Notes: a model not told the origin generated them from the letters alone. Positions 18,990-27,105 are shown, counted from the stretch's first letter. The stretch: DNA of 54,663 bases from Nitrososphaerota archaeon (GCA_011605725.1 JAAOZP010000008.1:1-54663); one strand, 5' to 3'. Made by a program: numbers and translations.

Positions 18990-19919
18990 TTACTGGGACT
19001 GTTTGTCGTAGACATTCTTGAACCATTCTACGGTTCTCCTCATTCCCTCCTCAACAGGCATGGTTAGCCTGAAGCCTAGGTCCCTTTTAGCTTTCGAGGA
19101 GTCTGGTGTCTTAACCCTGGTTGTGAACGGCTCAGCCTCCTTATAGGTAACGATGGAGTCATCCTTGCCGAGGATCTTAAGAATAAGGTCTGAAACATAT
19201 TTAATCTCATACTGCTCGTCTCCGCCCAGGTTGTAAACCTCCCCAGGCTTGAAATTGTCCATGATGTTAGCCAGGGTCCTGCAAATGTCCTCAACGTATT
19301 CAAGAGTCCTCTTGTGCCCAAGGTACACGGTGTAAGGCTTGTCGTGGAGAGCGTGGTAAATGAACCTTGGTATCCAGCCTCTGTACGGGGTGTAGTGCTC
19401 CCCTGGTCCGTAGACGTTGAAAAGCCTAACCCTGACCGTCTCAGTGCCGAACATCGCTGCAGAGTTGAGTATCTGCATCTCGTTAACCCACTTGCTCATC
19501 GCGTAGTCGTTCATCTGCCTTATCGGAACCCTTTCCATAACGTCCTCGCTCATAACCCCGTCGTAATCCCCATAGACCTCTGCGCTTCCGAAGAATATCA
19601 TTCTGAACCTCTTCCTCTCCTGCATCCTTATGATGTTTTTTGTTCCTACAGCGTTGGTCATCCACAGGTTCTCGTAATAATCCTCGCCGTTCCACCTCCC
19701 GTATTCTGCGGCAGCATGGTAAACATAATCGAAGCCCTGGGGTTCGAAAAGCCTTTCAACCTGCCTGAAGACGCTTACGTCGCACCTCACGGACTTCGGG
19801 TCCTCGGAATGCCTAAGGTCGCAGAGCCAAACTTCGTGTCCACGCCTCCTAAGCTCCCTAACCAGGTTGGAGCCTATGAAGCCAAGCCCGCCTGTTACCA
19901 GAACCCTGTTGCCCCTCAT
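18990..19919 (-). CDS. NAD-dependent nucleotide-sugar epimerase/dehydratase
   Basis: VTGGLGFIG, YAMSK, RLFNVYGPG. Confidence 0.93.
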   Translation of the reverse strand: MRGNRVLVTGGLGFIGSNLVRELRRRGHEVWLCDLRHSEDPKSVRCDVSVFRQVERLFEPQGFDYVYHAAAEYGRWNGEDYYENLWMTNAVGTKNIIRMQERKRFRMIFFGSAEVYGDYDGVMSEDVMERVPIRQMNDYAMSKWVNEMQILNSAAMFGTETVRVRLFNVYGPGEHYTPYRGWIPRFIYHALHDKPYTVYLGHKRTLEYVEDICRTLANIMDNFKPGEVYNLGGDEQYEIKYVSDLILKILGKDDSIVTYKEAEPFTTRVKTPDSSKAKRDLGFRLTMPVEEGMRRTVEWFKNVYDKQSQ

Positions 19920-19921
19920 GG

Positions 19922-20344
19922 TTAAGCCTCGCCGCTCAGGGACCTTAAAAGGCTTAGGTCAGCGTACTGCCTAATCGTTTCGTCAACTATCCTCATCCTC
20001 TCCGCCTCATCCCTGGAGAAGAGCAGCCTGCCCCGGGTTAAGACATGGTGTTTAAAGGGCAGTGGAGCCATGTTCAACACGTGCAGGTCTATCGGGATGT
20101 TGAGGCAGACTTCAAGCCTCGCGGAAACGTTGACCTCATACTTGAAGGCGTCCCCCGGGTTCCTGATCCAAACAGCGACATCCACATCCCTGAAAAACCC
20201 TTTCTCAACCAGGCTCCCGTGCACGTAGGCGAACACTATGCCGCCGTCTTCCTCAAGCATTTTCCCCAGGCTTTCAAGCAGCTTTTCCCCGGCTTCAGCC
20301 GTCTTACGGTATTTGAGCCCGGCTGTGCCGGCGGGCTTATTCAT
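19922..20344 (-). CDS. Minimal nucleotidyltransferase (MNT/MntA-like antitoxin)
   Basis: YVHGS...RDVDVAV catalytic motif and IDLHVLN.AP. Confidence 0.88.
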   Translation of the reverse strand: MNKPAGTAGLKYRKTAEAGEKLLESLGKMLEEDGGIVFAYVHGSLVEKGFFRDVDVAVWIRNPGDAFKYEVNVSARLEVCLNIPIDLHVLNMAPLPFKHHVLTRGRLLFSRDEAERMRIVDETIRQYADLSLLRSLSGEA

Positions 20345-20780
20345 GCCCCTTCCCCTCAGCCAGAAACCTTCTGACGCAGGTGATGAAATCCTCGAAATCC
20401 CTCAGGCCGTTTTTAATGCTTTCATACACTTTCTCGTCGGAGATAGCCCAATACCTGTGGACGAGAAGGTTTCTAAGCCTTGCGGCTGAGGCCAGCCTGG
20501 AAGCCAGGTCTTCCGGCAGGACGCCTTTTGAACCAAGCCTCGCGAAGCATTGTGGAAAACCCTCAGCAGTCTCAGCGTAAGCGTTTAAGAGTATGCGTAC
20601 GCATATGCTTGCCGAAGCCTCGACGAGCTGGATTACGAGGTACCTGATTGAAAGCTTATCGTAGAGTGTTAAATCCTCGAACCGTTTGGAAAGAATGCCT
20701 TTGAGAATCCCTAGAGCATCGTTAATATCCCTGATCCTTGCCTCAACGGCCTCCCTGTCAAAAGCCTCTTTAAACGGCAT
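20337..20780 (-). CDS. HEPN/DUF86 (HepT-like) ribonuclease toxin
   Basis: RNLLVHRY (RX4H-type HEPN motif); paired with MNT. Confidence 0.88.
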   Translation of the reverse strand: MPFKEAFDREAVEARIRDINDALGILKGILSKRFEDLTLYDKLSIRYLVIQLVEASASICVRILLNAYAETAEGFPQCFARLGSKGVLPEDLASRLASAARLRNLLVHRYWAISDEKVYESIKNGLRDFEDFITCVRRFLAEGKGHE

Positions 20781-20785
20781 CCTGT

Positions 20786-21868
20786 TTACTTTCCCTCTAG
20801 GAAACTAATAATGCTTACTATCCTCTCAGCAGCCCTGCCGTCTCCAAACGGGTTCTCCCAGTCCCTACGCTTCTCAACCATTAGCCTTGTCTTCTCGAGA
20901 ATGTTCTCAGGCTCTGTTCCGGCGATGATGTTCGCCCCAACGTCGACTGTCTCAGGCCTCTCAGTATTGTGCCTGAGGGTGACGCATGGGACCCTGAGTA
21001 TGCATGCTTCCTCCTGAACCCCGCCTGAGTCCGTGAGGATAAGCCTAGCCCTGCTTTCAAGCCCTAGGAAGCTGAGGTAGTCTAGGGGCTCAACCATCGT
21101 CAACGAGTCTCCGCTGAGGCCGTATTCATTCATTCTTTTCCTCGCCCTCGGGTGGACGGGATATACTACCGGCAGGTTGAAATGCTCATGGATGAGCCTC
21201 AACCCTTCAAGAATGTTTCTGAACCTCTGCTTGTTGTCGACGTTCTCCTGCCTGTGTACAGTAACCAAGAAGTACTCCCCATCGTCGACCCCGATGGTTT
21301 CAAGAACGTTGCTCCCCTCCTCAGCCAGCTTAATGTTTTGACGAACAGCGTCGACAATCGTGTTCCCGGTTACGAATATCTTCTCATCCGAGATACCCTC
21401 TTTGAGAAGGTTGCTCCTAGCCTTCTCCGTCGGGGCGAACAAGTAGTCTGAAACATGGTCTGTCAGAACCCTGTTAACCTCCTCAGGCATGCTCCTGTCG
21501 AAGCTTCTAAGCCCTGCTTCAACATGGCCGACAGGTATGCCGATTTTCACGGAGGCCAGCGCCCCGGCGAGCACAGTGTTAGTGTCTCCCTCGACTAACG
21601 CTACGTCCGGCTTCTCCTCCATAAGCACTTTTTCTATTCCGATCAGCATCCTCCCCGTCTGCTCCCCGTGCGTGCCTGAGCCTACTTCAAGATTGTGCTT
21701 CGGCTCCGGGAGCCCCAGCTGCTCGAAGAAAACCCTGTCCATGCTGTAGGAGTAGTGCTGCCCCGTGTGAAGTATGAAGAAATCCATGTTTTCCCTTTCA
21801 AGCTCCCTTATCACTGGAGACATCTTTATTATCTCGGGTCTCGTCCCAAGGATTACCGCGGCCTTCAT
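20786..21868 (-). CDS. wecB: UDP-N-acetylglucosamine 2-epimerase (non-hydrolysing)
   Basis: GTRPEIIK, HTGQH, HVEAGLRS, PEEVNR, HRQEN, TDSGGVQEEA, TERPE. Confidence 0.97.
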   Translation of the reverse strand: MKAAVILGTRPEIIKMSPVIRELERENMDFFILHTGQHYSYSMDRVFFEQLGLPEPKHNLEVGSGTHGEQTGRMLIGIEKVLMEEKPDVALVEGDTNTVLAGALASVKIGIPVGHVEAGLRSFDRSMPEEVNRVLTDHVSDYLFAPTEKARSNLLKEGISDEKIFVTGNTIVDAVRQNIKLAEEGSNVLETIGVDDGEYFLVTVHRQENVDNKQRFRNILEGLRLIHEHFNLPVVYPVHPRARKRMNEYGLSGDSLTMVEPLDYLSFLGLESRARLILTDSGGVQEEACILRVPCVTLRHNTERPETVDVGANIIAGTEPENILEKTRLMVEKRRDWENPFGDGRAAERIVSIISFLEGK

Positions 21869-21884
21869 CCAGCCCTCTTTATTT

Positions 21885-22802
21885 TCAACGATTCTTGCTT
21901 CCAGTGCTCCTGGCTTCCCTTATAACGCTCACCAGGACCCAGAGTATCACTGCTGTAGTGAGGAGCATCAGCCCCACTATCGTCGCCCCAAGCGCTATTA
22001 ACGCTATGTTCGTCGAAACCTGTCTCGTCGCCGCGAATATTTGAAGGGTCCAGAGCCAGAAGGATATTGCTACGAGCATGGCGATTAAGCCGGGCACCCC
22101 GTAGAAAAGCATGGGGCGCCTTATCGAAAGATGCTTCACTGTCGACATCACTACTTCGACTCCGTGTGAAACCGGGTTCTGCGTAGACGTTTCCCCCTCG
22201 TAGTAAATCTTAACCGGGACCTCCCTTATCCTGAACCCGTTCTCATGCGCTTTCACAAGAATCTCTGTGCTCGCCCCCATCCCCATTTCACTCGGCTTCA
22301 AAGCCTCAACCACGCTCCTCCTGTAGGCTCTGAACCCTGACTGAGCGTCGGTCAGCTCCCTGTAGGAGGCTCTGCCTGTTAGCCTCGTTATCGTTTTCAC
22401 TCCTAACTCCCTGTACCGCGGCATCTGCTTCCCCTCTCCGCCTAGGAATCTTGACCCGATCACTATGTCCGCCTCCCCTTTTAAAATGGGCTCTATTATT
22501 CTCGGTATGTCGTCCGGATTATGCTGGCCGTCTGCGTCTAGGGTAACCACTATGTCAGCATCCTCCCCGCCAGCCTCCGCGAAGAGAGTGTGTAAAGCAG
22601 CCCCATAACCCATGTTTCGCTCGTGGACAATTACTTTCGCACCCAGTTTCTCAGCTATTTCCCCGGTTAGGTCTGTAGAGCCGTCGTCGCACACTATAAC
22701 CTTGTCGACATGCCTCATAGCCTTGACTATTACGCTGGCTATCGTCTTCTCCTCGTTGAACGCGGGTATGCACGCGACCACGTGGAGCTTATTCTGGCTC
22801 AA
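21885..22802 (-). CDS. Glycosyltransferase family 2 (polyprenol-phosphate glycosyltransferase-like) with two C-terminal TM helices
   Basis: IPAFNEE, DDGSTD, LDADGQH, DAQSGFRAY. ORF is open to 22829; TTG 22802, immediately after the (GC)4 tract, is the likely start. Confidence 0.9.
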   Translation of the reverse strand: MSQNKLHVVACIPAFNEEKTIASVIVKAMRHVDKVIVCDDGSTDLTGEIAEKLGAKVIVHERNMGYGAALHTLFAEAGGEDADIVVTLDADGQHNPDDIPRIIEPILKGEADIVIGSRFLGGEGKQMPRYRELGVKTITRLTGRASYRELTDAQSGFRAYRRSVVEALKPSEMGMGASTEILVKAHENGFRIREVPVKIYYEGETSTQNPVSHGVEVVMSTVKHLSIRRPMLFYGVPGLIAMLVAISFWLWTLQIFAATRQVSTNIALIALGATIVGLMLLTTAVILWVLVSVIREARSTGSKNR

Positions 22803-22856
22803 GCGCGCGCTTAAACCCCTGTCTTTCAAGCATCTGTAGTAGCGTGAGGCCCGTCT

Positions 22857-23081
22857 TCAGAGAGTCCTTCCCTTGGCTTTGGCGGTTATTGCCTCCACCG
22901 ATGAGAGCACGAGGTCGCTCGCGTTAAGGATCTCGATCTCAACGGGTTGGCCCTTCTCATCGAAATGTATTATGATGCTATCGCCGACGCTCTCCCCGTA
23001 TTTTGGAGGGTTGTCGCTCAGAGTTATGACTAGCGCATCTACTTCCGGGCTGTATTCAACCTTTTTAAACAGTTTCTGCAT
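22857..23081 (-). CDS. DUF2283 protein (putative antitoxin)
   Basis: YSPEVDALVI...IIIHFDEKGQPVEIEILNAS signature. Confidence 0.85.
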   Translation of the reverse strand: MQKLFKKVEYSPEVDALVITLSDNPPKYGESVGDSIIIHFDEKGQPVEIEILNASDLVLSSVEAITAKAKGRTL

Positions 23082-23310
23082 ACCTTCTCCTCCTCGCCGG
23101 ATAGACTGTTACGACCACTATTTCATCATTATCCTCGTATATAACCCTTAAAACGAGGTCGTCCATAAACCTGTGCGCTATCTTCCTTCCAAGACCTCCT
23201 TCAGTAATATAGTCGGGTGCTCTTAAAGCCTGAACCACGGCATCCTCCTCTAAACCGTATTTAAACATCCTGCGCCTAGCGTGCAGGGTTATTTTTATGG
23301 GCTTTTCCAT
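23065..23310 (-). CDS. DUF4258 protein (RelE-like putative toxin)
   Basis: ITLHARRRM...LRVIYE...IVVVTVYP. Confidence 0.85.
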   Translation of the reverse strand: MEKPIKITLHARRRMFKYGLEEDAVVQALRAPDYITEGGLGRKIAHRFMDDLVLRVIYEDNDEIVVVTVYPARRRRYAETV

Positions 23311-23322
23311 GTTGTTCCCCGG

Positions 23323-23439
23323 TCAAGCGCGCGCTTCCTCCAATGTGTCTCCTTGAGTATGGCATCCGGGTAATGCTGGCGCAAACGCTATGTATCCGCC
23401 ACTCTCATCCTCCATTATTATCACGTCAAACTCATACAT
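23323..23439 (-). pseudogene. hicB: Truncated HicB-family antitoxin
   Basis: MYEFDVIIMEDESGGYIAFAPALPGCHTQGDTLEEA|RA*; cut at AAGCGCGCGCTT. Confidence 0.85.
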
Positions 23440-23500
23440 GTCTGCTTTCGCTCTCCCCTCGGCCTAACTGCCGCGCGCTAAGGTAATTATGCATGTTTTG

Positions 23501-23728
23501 CTATTTAGCGGCCACTTCTAGCGACTTTTTCACTTTCTCTACTAATCGTTCGGCTACTGGTTCCACGATGTTTTTCGATGCCTGCCATATTTCTATGCCT
23601 ACGATGTTCCCTTCTTCATCAAAGTCTACTAATATATCGTCGTTCAGTGGTTGGGTATCATAAGCTTTTTTATCTGGAGCTATGTCTATGTACAGTATGT
23701 CGTGTTCGTCATCGTATCTGGTTCTCAT
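23501..23728 (-). CDS. DUF2283 protein (putative antitoxin)
   Basis: YDDEHDILYI...ILVDFDEEGNIVGIEIWQAS. Confidence 0.9.
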   Translation of the reverse strand: MRTRYDDEHDILYIDIAPDKKAYDTQPLNDDILVDFDEEGNIVGIEIWQASKNIVEPVAERLVEKVKKSLEVAAK

Positions 23729-24009
23729 CGGACCCTTACCCAGTATCCTTTATCTAGCCTGCTCCTTATAAGTTTAGACGGTTTAGATGTTCTGAATGCC
23801 GTAACTACTTCAAAACTGTCATTTATCACATCGTAAACTACTACAAGTGGAAGATTGTTTTCTTTGATGGCCACCATGAGGCTTGAACGCCTATCTAGGA
23901 ATACTTCATCTGGGGCGTTTATAGCATTAAAGATGAGGCCTTCATCAAGCTTCCTCTTAATCATAGCATCTTTAGCGTGTTTAGTGAACACTAATTTCTT
24001 CTTAGTCAT
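23725..24009 (-). CDS. DUF4258 protein (putative toxin)
   Basis: FTKHAKDAM..R...PD...LVVVYD...VVTAF; ATGA overlap with DUF2283. Confidence 0.85.
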   Translation of the reverse strand: MTKKKLVFTKHAKDAMIKRKLDEGLIFNAINAPDEVFLDRRSSLMVAIKENNLPLVVVYDVINDSFEVVTAFRTSKPSKLIRSRLDKGYWVRVR

Positions 24010-24042
24010 AGACTGTTGAATGACTTGGGTATCCGCGCGCGC

Positions 24043-24102
24043 TTCAGGGAATCCTTCGGTTGCAATTCACTTAACTGCCTCATAAATATCTTCGTCGTTC
24101 AG
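24043..24102 (-). pseudogene. N-terminal remnant of a DUF6516/TumE-like toxin
   Basis: LNDEDIYEAVK*IATEGFPE aligns by eye to LNRKSAYRLICRIAEKEYPD in the 25835-26497 protein; overlaps the antitoxin stop; cut at (GC)4 24035. Confidence 0.6.
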
Positions 24103-24385
24103 CTTATCGCACCGAGTAGCTTTTCTATTTTCTCTCTCGTTGCTTCCAGGTAGTCAAGCCTAGTGAAATCTTCAAAGGTGTCTGTTTCAGAGAGCTTGCC
24201 ATTGCTTATCTTCTCATCCAACTCGTCAAAAGACTTAACGTTATACTTAGAAAGCATGCTGTGGATTTCAGCTCTGACTTTTCTAAGCTCCATCTCCAGG
24301 TAAGTCTTCGCCTTTTCTTATCAATTCTTCTTCGCTCACTCCCAATTCTCTGGAAATCTCTTTGATTTCCGCTATCGCATTCGTC
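24099..24385 (-). pseudogene. TumA-like antitoxin, frameshifted
   Basis: IKEISRELGVSEEELIRKG / KTYLEMELRKVRAEIHSMLSKYNVKSFDEL...FEDFTRLDYLE, with a frameshift near 24310. Confidence 0.65.
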
Positions 24386-24529
24386 TTATTTTGATCGCTG
24401 TCTCGATCTTATTTAAGCTTTCGAAACGCAACTTTAAGGTTTTTTAAAAACCGGTGTTGAATGGCTACGTCTGCCATATGAACATGCGCATGATCTTTTT
24501 AAAGCGCGCTACGCACAAAACTTTTGCGC

Positions 24530-24757
24530 CTATGAGGAAGGTTTTGCAGCCAGTGCTTTCTTCACTTTCGCAGCCAGCTCCTTTGCTGCGGGCTCAAGGA
24601 TGTTCTTGGAGGCGCCCCAAACCTCGATCCCGGCTATGCTCTCATCCTCAGCTATTTCAACGAATATGTCGCTGTCCGCTTCCACAGTGTCTTTTATCGG
24701 GCCCTCCTTGATAACTATGTACATTATGTCCGATTCAGGGTCGTAGTGGACTTTCAT
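24530..24757 (-). CDS. DUF2283 protein (putative antitoxin)
   Basis: MKVHYDPESDIMYI...IAGIEVWGAS; ATG 24757 overlaps the upstream stop. Confidence 0.88.
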   Translation of the reverse strand: MKVHYDPESDIMYIVIKEGPIKDTVEADSDIFVEIAEDESIAGIEVWGASKNILEPAAKELAAKVKKALAAKPSS

Positions 24758-25044
24758 TCCGCCTCCATCCATCTTCCTTTCTCCAGACGCCTCTTAATAA
24801 AGTTGTCGACGGATGATGTATCTATCACGGTTATGATCTTGGCCATATCATCTTCCACGGTGTAGACGATTATAAGCCAGTGGCCCTGCAAAACCATCCT
24901 TGGACCGATGGCTACTAAAGCTCCTGTTACAATATCAAAATATAGTTTCTGAGGCGACTCTAAAATTCTACTAACCTCTGACTTGTCAATATTTCTTGTC
25001 TCTAACCTCACAAGCGCGTGAGAAGTATAGGATATTCTCTTCAT
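24754..25044 (-). CDS. DUF4258 protein (putative toxin)
   Basis: YTSHALVRL..R.I...LIIVY...IITVI...GRW. Confidence 0.85.
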   Translation of the reverse strand: MKRISYTSHALVRLETRNIDKSEVSRILESPQKLYFDIVTGALVAIGPRMVLQGHWLIIVYTVEDDMAKIITVIDTSSVDNFIKRRLEKGRWMEAE

Positions 25045-25098
25045 CTAACGCCTACTTATGCGTTTAAATCATGCGCGACTTTTTTCGTAGCTGTTCGT

Positions 25099-25324
25099 CT
25101 ATTGTCTGCATTGGGCGTGGGGCTCTTTAAGCGTTTCCATCCTAGCGTTGATACTGTTGTAAGCTTGGACTGCAGCCCACCATGAGAAGTATTCCTCGTC
25201 GTCGCCCAGCCAGCGCACGAACGGTTGCGAATTCGCCCTCATGCTTGTCTCTAGCTTATTTTTGAGAGCATGAGCCCAACCGCTTCCTTCCTAGCCTTCG
25301 CCAGTTCGACGAGCACGTTCAGAA
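25099..25324 (-). pseudogene. Degenerate antitoxin remnant (TumA-like C-terminus)
   Basis: LLNVLVELAKARKEAVG... then, in another frame, GDDEEYFSWWAAVQAYNSINARMETLKE; the 5' end is lost at GCGCGC 25325. Confidence 0.45.
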
Positions 25325-25330
25325 GCGCGC

Positions 25331-25464
25331 GTGGTGGGGAACAGTAACCTTTCTTTTACCGTCAGTCAAATAGATGTGCTTCCCTTTTGATGAACCGTTT
25401 TGAACCCTGCTTTAGCCAATGTTCTGATTATTTCTCTCCAAGAAACCGTGGGAAGCTTAGACAG
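25331..25464 (-). pseudogene. hicA: HicA-family toxin, frameshifted and truncated
   Basis: SKLPTVSWREIIRTLAKAGFKTVHQKGS/[H]IYLTDGKRKVTVPHH|; 1-nt deletion at the catalytic GSH motif and truncation at GCGCGC. Confidence 0.8.
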
Positions 25465-25681
25465 TTATCTCTACCAGTTCCCTTCTCTGTTTCAGCCTTT
25501 CCAGTTCCTCGGGGAAGGCCTCCAAATAACCCTCTATCGCCTCCCTTATGTTTGCCAACGCCTCCTCTCTCGTCTCGCCCTCGCTTATGCAGCCCGGTAG
25601 CTCTAAGCATTGAACAGAGTACCCGCCCTCCTCCTCTTCCCTCAGGACGACTGACAGCTTTAAGCCCCTAGCCTGAACCAT
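25457..25681 (-). CDS. hicB: HicB-family antitoxin
   Basis: EEEGGYSVQCLELPGCISEGETREEALANIREAIEGYLE; ORF open to 25717, but ATG 25681 lies downstream of a CTTATAA box. Confidence 0.9.
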   Translation of the reverse strand: MVQARGLKLSVVLREEEEGGYSVQCLELPGCISEGETREEALANIREAIEGYLEAFPEELERLKQRRELVEITV

Positions 25682-25760
25682 TACATGAGGATACTGCGCA
25701 TCCCGCATTATAAGCATTTCAGCTTTAAAGCACGCCGGTAATCTTTCATTGTTAGCGCGT

Positions 25761-25826
25761 GCTCAGAGTCATGACTAACGCATCTACTTCCAGGCTGTAT
25801 TCAACCTTTTTAAACAGTTTCTGCAT
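25761..25826 (-). repeat. ~65-bp near-identical copy of the 5' end of the DUF2283 gene 22857-23081, flanked by GC-alternating tracts
   Basis: ATGCAGAAACTGTTTAAAAAGGTTGAATACAGC(C/T)..GAAGTAGATGCG.TAGTCAT.ACTCTGAGC matches 23016-23081 with three substitutions. Confidence 0.9.
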
Positions 25827-25834
25827 AGCGTGCG

Positions 25835-26497
25835 CTAACTTCTCAGGAGGCTTCTGGCGAAGCTTAGGAAGTATTTGGCGGCAGAAGTTGGGTTTTCAGG
25901 AATAAGGCTTTCAACAACGCTCCACTCAGCCCCCTGGTGGAAATGCTTGGGGAAGGTTTCCACGCGCTCCCATTTGACGTGGGGCATGTTGTCGTGTCTG
26001 AAGACTTTCCCGTCTACGCTCGTCTTATCCCAGTGGAAAGCATACTTCTCCATGAGGCTTTCACTCCTGTAGAGCCAGACTTCGAGGAAGCTCCCGTCCT
26101 TAAGGAAGACCTTGGCCTTCTCGTAGTCGAAGCTCGTCCCAACTACGATGTCTGGATACTCTTTTTCAGCAATCCTGCAGATAAGCCTGTAGGCGCTCTT
26201 CCTGTTTAAAAGCGGCTCCTCAGCAAGCTTCTCCAATGCTTCCCTAAGCTCCTCCAGGTGGCTCAGCCTGAAGAAGACGCGCCAAGAATCCTCCTCGTCT
26301 AGGCTTCCCCGCATATATTTTTCCTCAATATCGTTTGAAGAGGCCACTCCGTTTACTCTGCACAGCCTATCTATTTCAGCGTCAACCTCGAGCAGGGCAG
26401 ACCTTACATGCTCTAACGCTTCCTCGCTTAGAGTCTTCTCCCTAACCTGTCCAGTGGCCTCCGCTACTCTCTCAAGCAGTGTGGCTGCTTCAACCAT
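25835..26497 (-). CDS. Fused TumA-like antitoxin and DUF6516/TumE-like toxin
   Basis: N-half resembles the 24099-24385 antitoxin (GVASSNDIEEK...SWRVFFRLSHLEE). C-half has FLKDGSFLEVW...YAFHW...RHDNMPH...TFPKHFH, the DUF6516 motif. Confidence 0.75.
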   Translation of the reverse strand: MVEAATLLERVAEATGQVREKTLSEEALEHVRSALLEVDAEIDRLCRVNGVASSNDIEEKYMRGSLDEEDSWRVFFRLSHLEELREALEKLAEEPLLNRKSAYRLICRIAEKEYPDIVVGTSFDYEKAKVFLKDGSFLEVWLYRSESLMEKYAFHWDKTSVDGKVFRHDNMPHVKWERVETFPKHFHQGAEWSVVESLIPENPTSAAKYFLSFARSLLRS

Positions 26498-26666
26498 GCT
26501 TGCCTAGCGCTCCCCTCTAGGAACATCGCGGTGGAAGAATATAAATCTTCCACGATTCCTTAAAACGGTGGTTGCGTAAGGTCCCCGGTTGCTTTCAGGA
26601 GCCATAGTGCGCACCTACTCTTCCTCCTGCTTCAAGCATCACGCTACTATTCTTCCAGAGGCTTTT

Positions 26667-27062
26667 TCAAACGTATCCTAGGCTTTTTAAAGCAAGCTGG
26701 TTTAGCCCAAGCCAGAAGACGTATTCAGGATCCTTAAGCCATTTACTGAGGCTCGGGGCCCATTTTAAAACCCCGTTCCTCTTGTAAAGCTCAAGCAGGC
26801 GGGAGGCATGCTCCCTCCCAAGCTGGAGGATCCTGGCTGCAGGGGTTTGGAGAAGCTTTGAAACGATTTCTCTGACTTGTTTGACTAGCAGGGGGTTCAC
26901 TATTCTGCCCCTAAGCCTAGCTAGCTCCATGCTTGCTTTGAACAAAGCCTTCTCAACCCCCTTGAGCCTCCTCCAGCCGCCGTTCCTATAGGCTTTCAGC
27001 CTAACTTGTAAAAGGTCCCCATAGGAGAACGCTGCTGACAGCCCAGGGACCATTACCCCCAT
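26667..27062 (-). CDS. Conserved archaeal basic hypothetical protein
   Basis: 131 aa ORF (KAYRNGGWRRL...LSKWLKDPEYVFWLG) with its own BRE-TATA. Confidence 0.75.
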   Translation of the reverse strand: MGVMVPGLSAAFSYGDLLQVRLKAYRNGGWRRLKGVEKALFKASMELARLRGRIVNPLLVKQVREIVSKLLQTPAARILQLGREHASRLLELYKRNGVLKWAPSLSKWLKDPEYVFWLGLNQLALKSLGYV

Positions 27063-27093
27063 TCTTGGTTTTTACAGTAGTAAGAAAGAGAGA

Positions 27094-27105
27094 TATAAAG
27101 TTTTC
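27094..27105 (-). promoter_or_regulatory. BRE + TATA promoter for 26667-27062
   Basis: GAAAAC-TTTATA on the minus strand, ~32 nt upstream of ATG 27062. Confidence 0.6.

Larger units (their letters stand above)
22801..25835. repeat. Eight (GC)n / GCGTGC tracts marking module boundaries in the TA array
   Basis: AAGCGCGCGCTT 22801-22812 and 23325-23336; GCGCGC 23473; (GC)4 24035; AGCGCGCT 24503; GCGCGC 25325; GCGCGTGC 25755; GCGTGCGC 25828. Confidence 0.88.

Noticed and set aside
19314-19925. Long plus-strand ORF of 203 aa, and similar antisense ORFs such as 38408-38965 and 45867-46298
   Set aside because: Shadow frames opposite well-supported genes, with no recognisable motifs.
22801-26497. 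Integron cassette array with attC sites
   Set aside because: No integrase in the window, no long imperfect hairpins with RYYYAAC/GTTRRRY ends, and the tracts cut through genes rather than flank whole genes.
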